In this document: positions 23,129-24,000 of the stretch, one piece after another | Layout: each line of letters starts with the position of its first letter | How positions within the stretch are numbered: the stretch's first letter is position 1 | Source of the DNA: Caulobacteraceae bacterium | GTDB taxonomy: Bacteria; Pseudomonadota; Alphaproteobacteria; Caulobacterales; Caulobacteraceae | Direction: 5' to 3' | Assembly (NCBI GenBank): GCA_965199975.1 | Contig: OZ241340.1 | Location: 515,939-539,938 of the forward strand | Length of the DNA stretch: 24,000 bases | Position numbers and translations under genes: made by a program | Notes under the pieces: generated by a model | Seen by the model: only the letters and a program-made list of their open reading frames with translations | What the model was told of the DNA's origin: nothing | Database searches by the model: none

Positions 23129-23620
23129 ATGGACGATGCGTTCGCGCTCCCCCCCGACACGGAGATCCTGGGGGTCGAGTCGCCGGCGGTCCTCTACGCC
23201 GACCTCGCCTCGCGCCCGGCCATCACCCACCGGGTCACCCGCGGCGCCGCGCGGCTCCTCACCGGGCTGGGCTACGCGCCGGTGGCCGAGGTTCCGCTGC
23301 CCAACGGGCGTCGCGCCGACCTGATGGCGCTGGGCGCGAAGGGCGAGATCGTCATCGTCGAGGTGAAGAGCGGGCTGGCGGACTACCGCACCGACGCCAA
23401 GTGGGCGCACTACGGGCCCTACTGCGACCGCTTCTTCTTCGCCGTCGATCCGGACTTCCCCCGCGCCGCGCTGCCGCCGGGGCCGGGCCTTATCGTGGCC
23501 GACGGCTTCGGCGGCATGGTGGCGATCGAGGCGCCGAACCAGCCGCTCGCGTCGGCGCGGCGCAAGGCGCTCACCCTGCACCTGGCGCGCCTGGCGGCCT
23601 GGCGGGCGCTGAGCGCCTAG
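23129..23620 (+). CDS. mmcB: MmcB-family DNA repair protein-like (PD-(D/E)xK nuclease-fold)
   Basis: 163-aa ORF. RRADLMALGAKGEIVIVEVKSGLADYRTDAKW…YCDRFFFAV gives a D…E-x-K arrangement, as I recall for MmcB-like proteins. Confidence 0.78.
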   Translation: MDDAFALPPDTEILGVESPAVLYADLASRPAITHRVTRGAARLLTGLGYAPVAEVPLPNGRRADLMALGAKGEIVIVEVKSGLADYRTDAKWAHYGPYCDRFFFAVDPDFPRAALPPGPGLIVADGFGGMVAIEAPNQPLASARRKALTLHLARLAAWRALSA

Positions 23621-23848
23621 GCGCCGCCAAAGTCTCCGGATGCGAGGGCGCATCGCTCCGAAGCTTGATCGCTTCGAGCGCCAGGCCAGGTCGTGCGAGA
23701 GGGCGTGGCTGTTGCGGGCGGCGGCAGCGCGGCCTCACCTCCGACGGGTCGCCGTAATGGCGCCCCGAGGAACGGCTTCTTATGTTGACAGCGACGGGCC
23801 AGTGGCCCGTCGTGCCGCTCTAGGTGAGGTGCTCGAAGGCCAATGCGG

Positions 23849-24000
23849 ATGAATTTGCGCAGTCTGCTCGTCTGGGGGGCGCTGCTCGCCGTCCTGGTGA
23901 TGATGTTCTATGGCGTGATGCGCCACGGCGCCGGCGACGGCGGCACGGTGGAGGATGTCACGTATTCTCAGATGTTGGCCAAGATCAACGGCAATGAGAT
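23849..24000 (+). CDS. ftsH: ATP-dependent zinc metalloprotease FtsH, N-terminal fragment running off the right edge
   Basis: ATG 23849 with GAAGG 9 nt upstream. MNLRSLLVWGALLAVLVMMFYGVMRH…VEDVTYSQMLAKINGNE fits the FtsH N-terminus (first TM helix, then the …SYSQF… periplasmic segment). It is not in the ORF track because there is no stop in the window. Confidence 0.72.
   Translation, partial: MNLRSLLVWGALLAVLVMMFYGVMRHGAGDGGTVEDVTYSQMLAKINGNE

Noticed and set aside
23640-23852. 70-aa ORF in the mmcB-ftsH spacer whose TGA overlaps the ftsH ATG (ATGA), suggestive of coupling.
   Set aside because: It has no SD. My hand count gives only about two thirds G/C at third positions, whereas genuine genes here end almost exclusively in G/C. 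The product is Arg/Ala-rich with no motif. The ATGA overlap is probably coincidental.

Overview
Very GC-rich (roughly 70% by eye) chromosomal segment with alphaproteobacterial gene content and synteny. All calls come from reading motifs by eye; no database search was run. I can support 26 protein-coding genes, two of them cut by the window edges. I found no rRNA, tRNA, CRISPR array, transposase or integrase. Left to right: 5' end of a DUF299/PpsR-like gene (-); a 438-bp non-coding gap; hemE-hemH-hemJ (+); a secreted M13 metallopeptidase (-); an ABC system with no binding-protein gene (duplicated permease plus ATPase with a C-terminal extension) (-); a 953-aa DinG/XPD-family helicase (-); an A/T-richer orphan secreted-protein gene (+) whose tail overlaps moeB; an ArsP/COG0701-type permease plus a MoeB-like E1 (-); hslV-GNAT-hslU-trmB (+); hisA-hisF-hisE (-); YeaQ/GlsB-like and CsbD-like stress proteins (-); an orphan HicB-like protein (+); a sigF-type ECF sigma factor with its NrsF anti-sigma (+); a lone ABC-2-type ATPase (-); a zf-CHCC protein and an MmcB-like protein (+); 5' end of ftsH (+). 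The most significant call is that the hemE/DUF299 gap (158-595) is probably the chromosomal replication origin. It is in the conserved alphaproteobacterial position and carries an A+T-rich core, two CtrA-box-like sites, weak DnaA-box-like 9-mers and short repeats. I do not see a clear-cut new multi-gene system such as a defence island. The best candidates for undescribed biology are the GNAT gene translationally coupled between hslV and hslU, the permease-MoeB pair, the binding-protein-less ABC system, the atypical-composition secreted orphan and the orphan long-tailed HicB. The many very long ORFs antisense to these genes are treated as high-GC artefacts.
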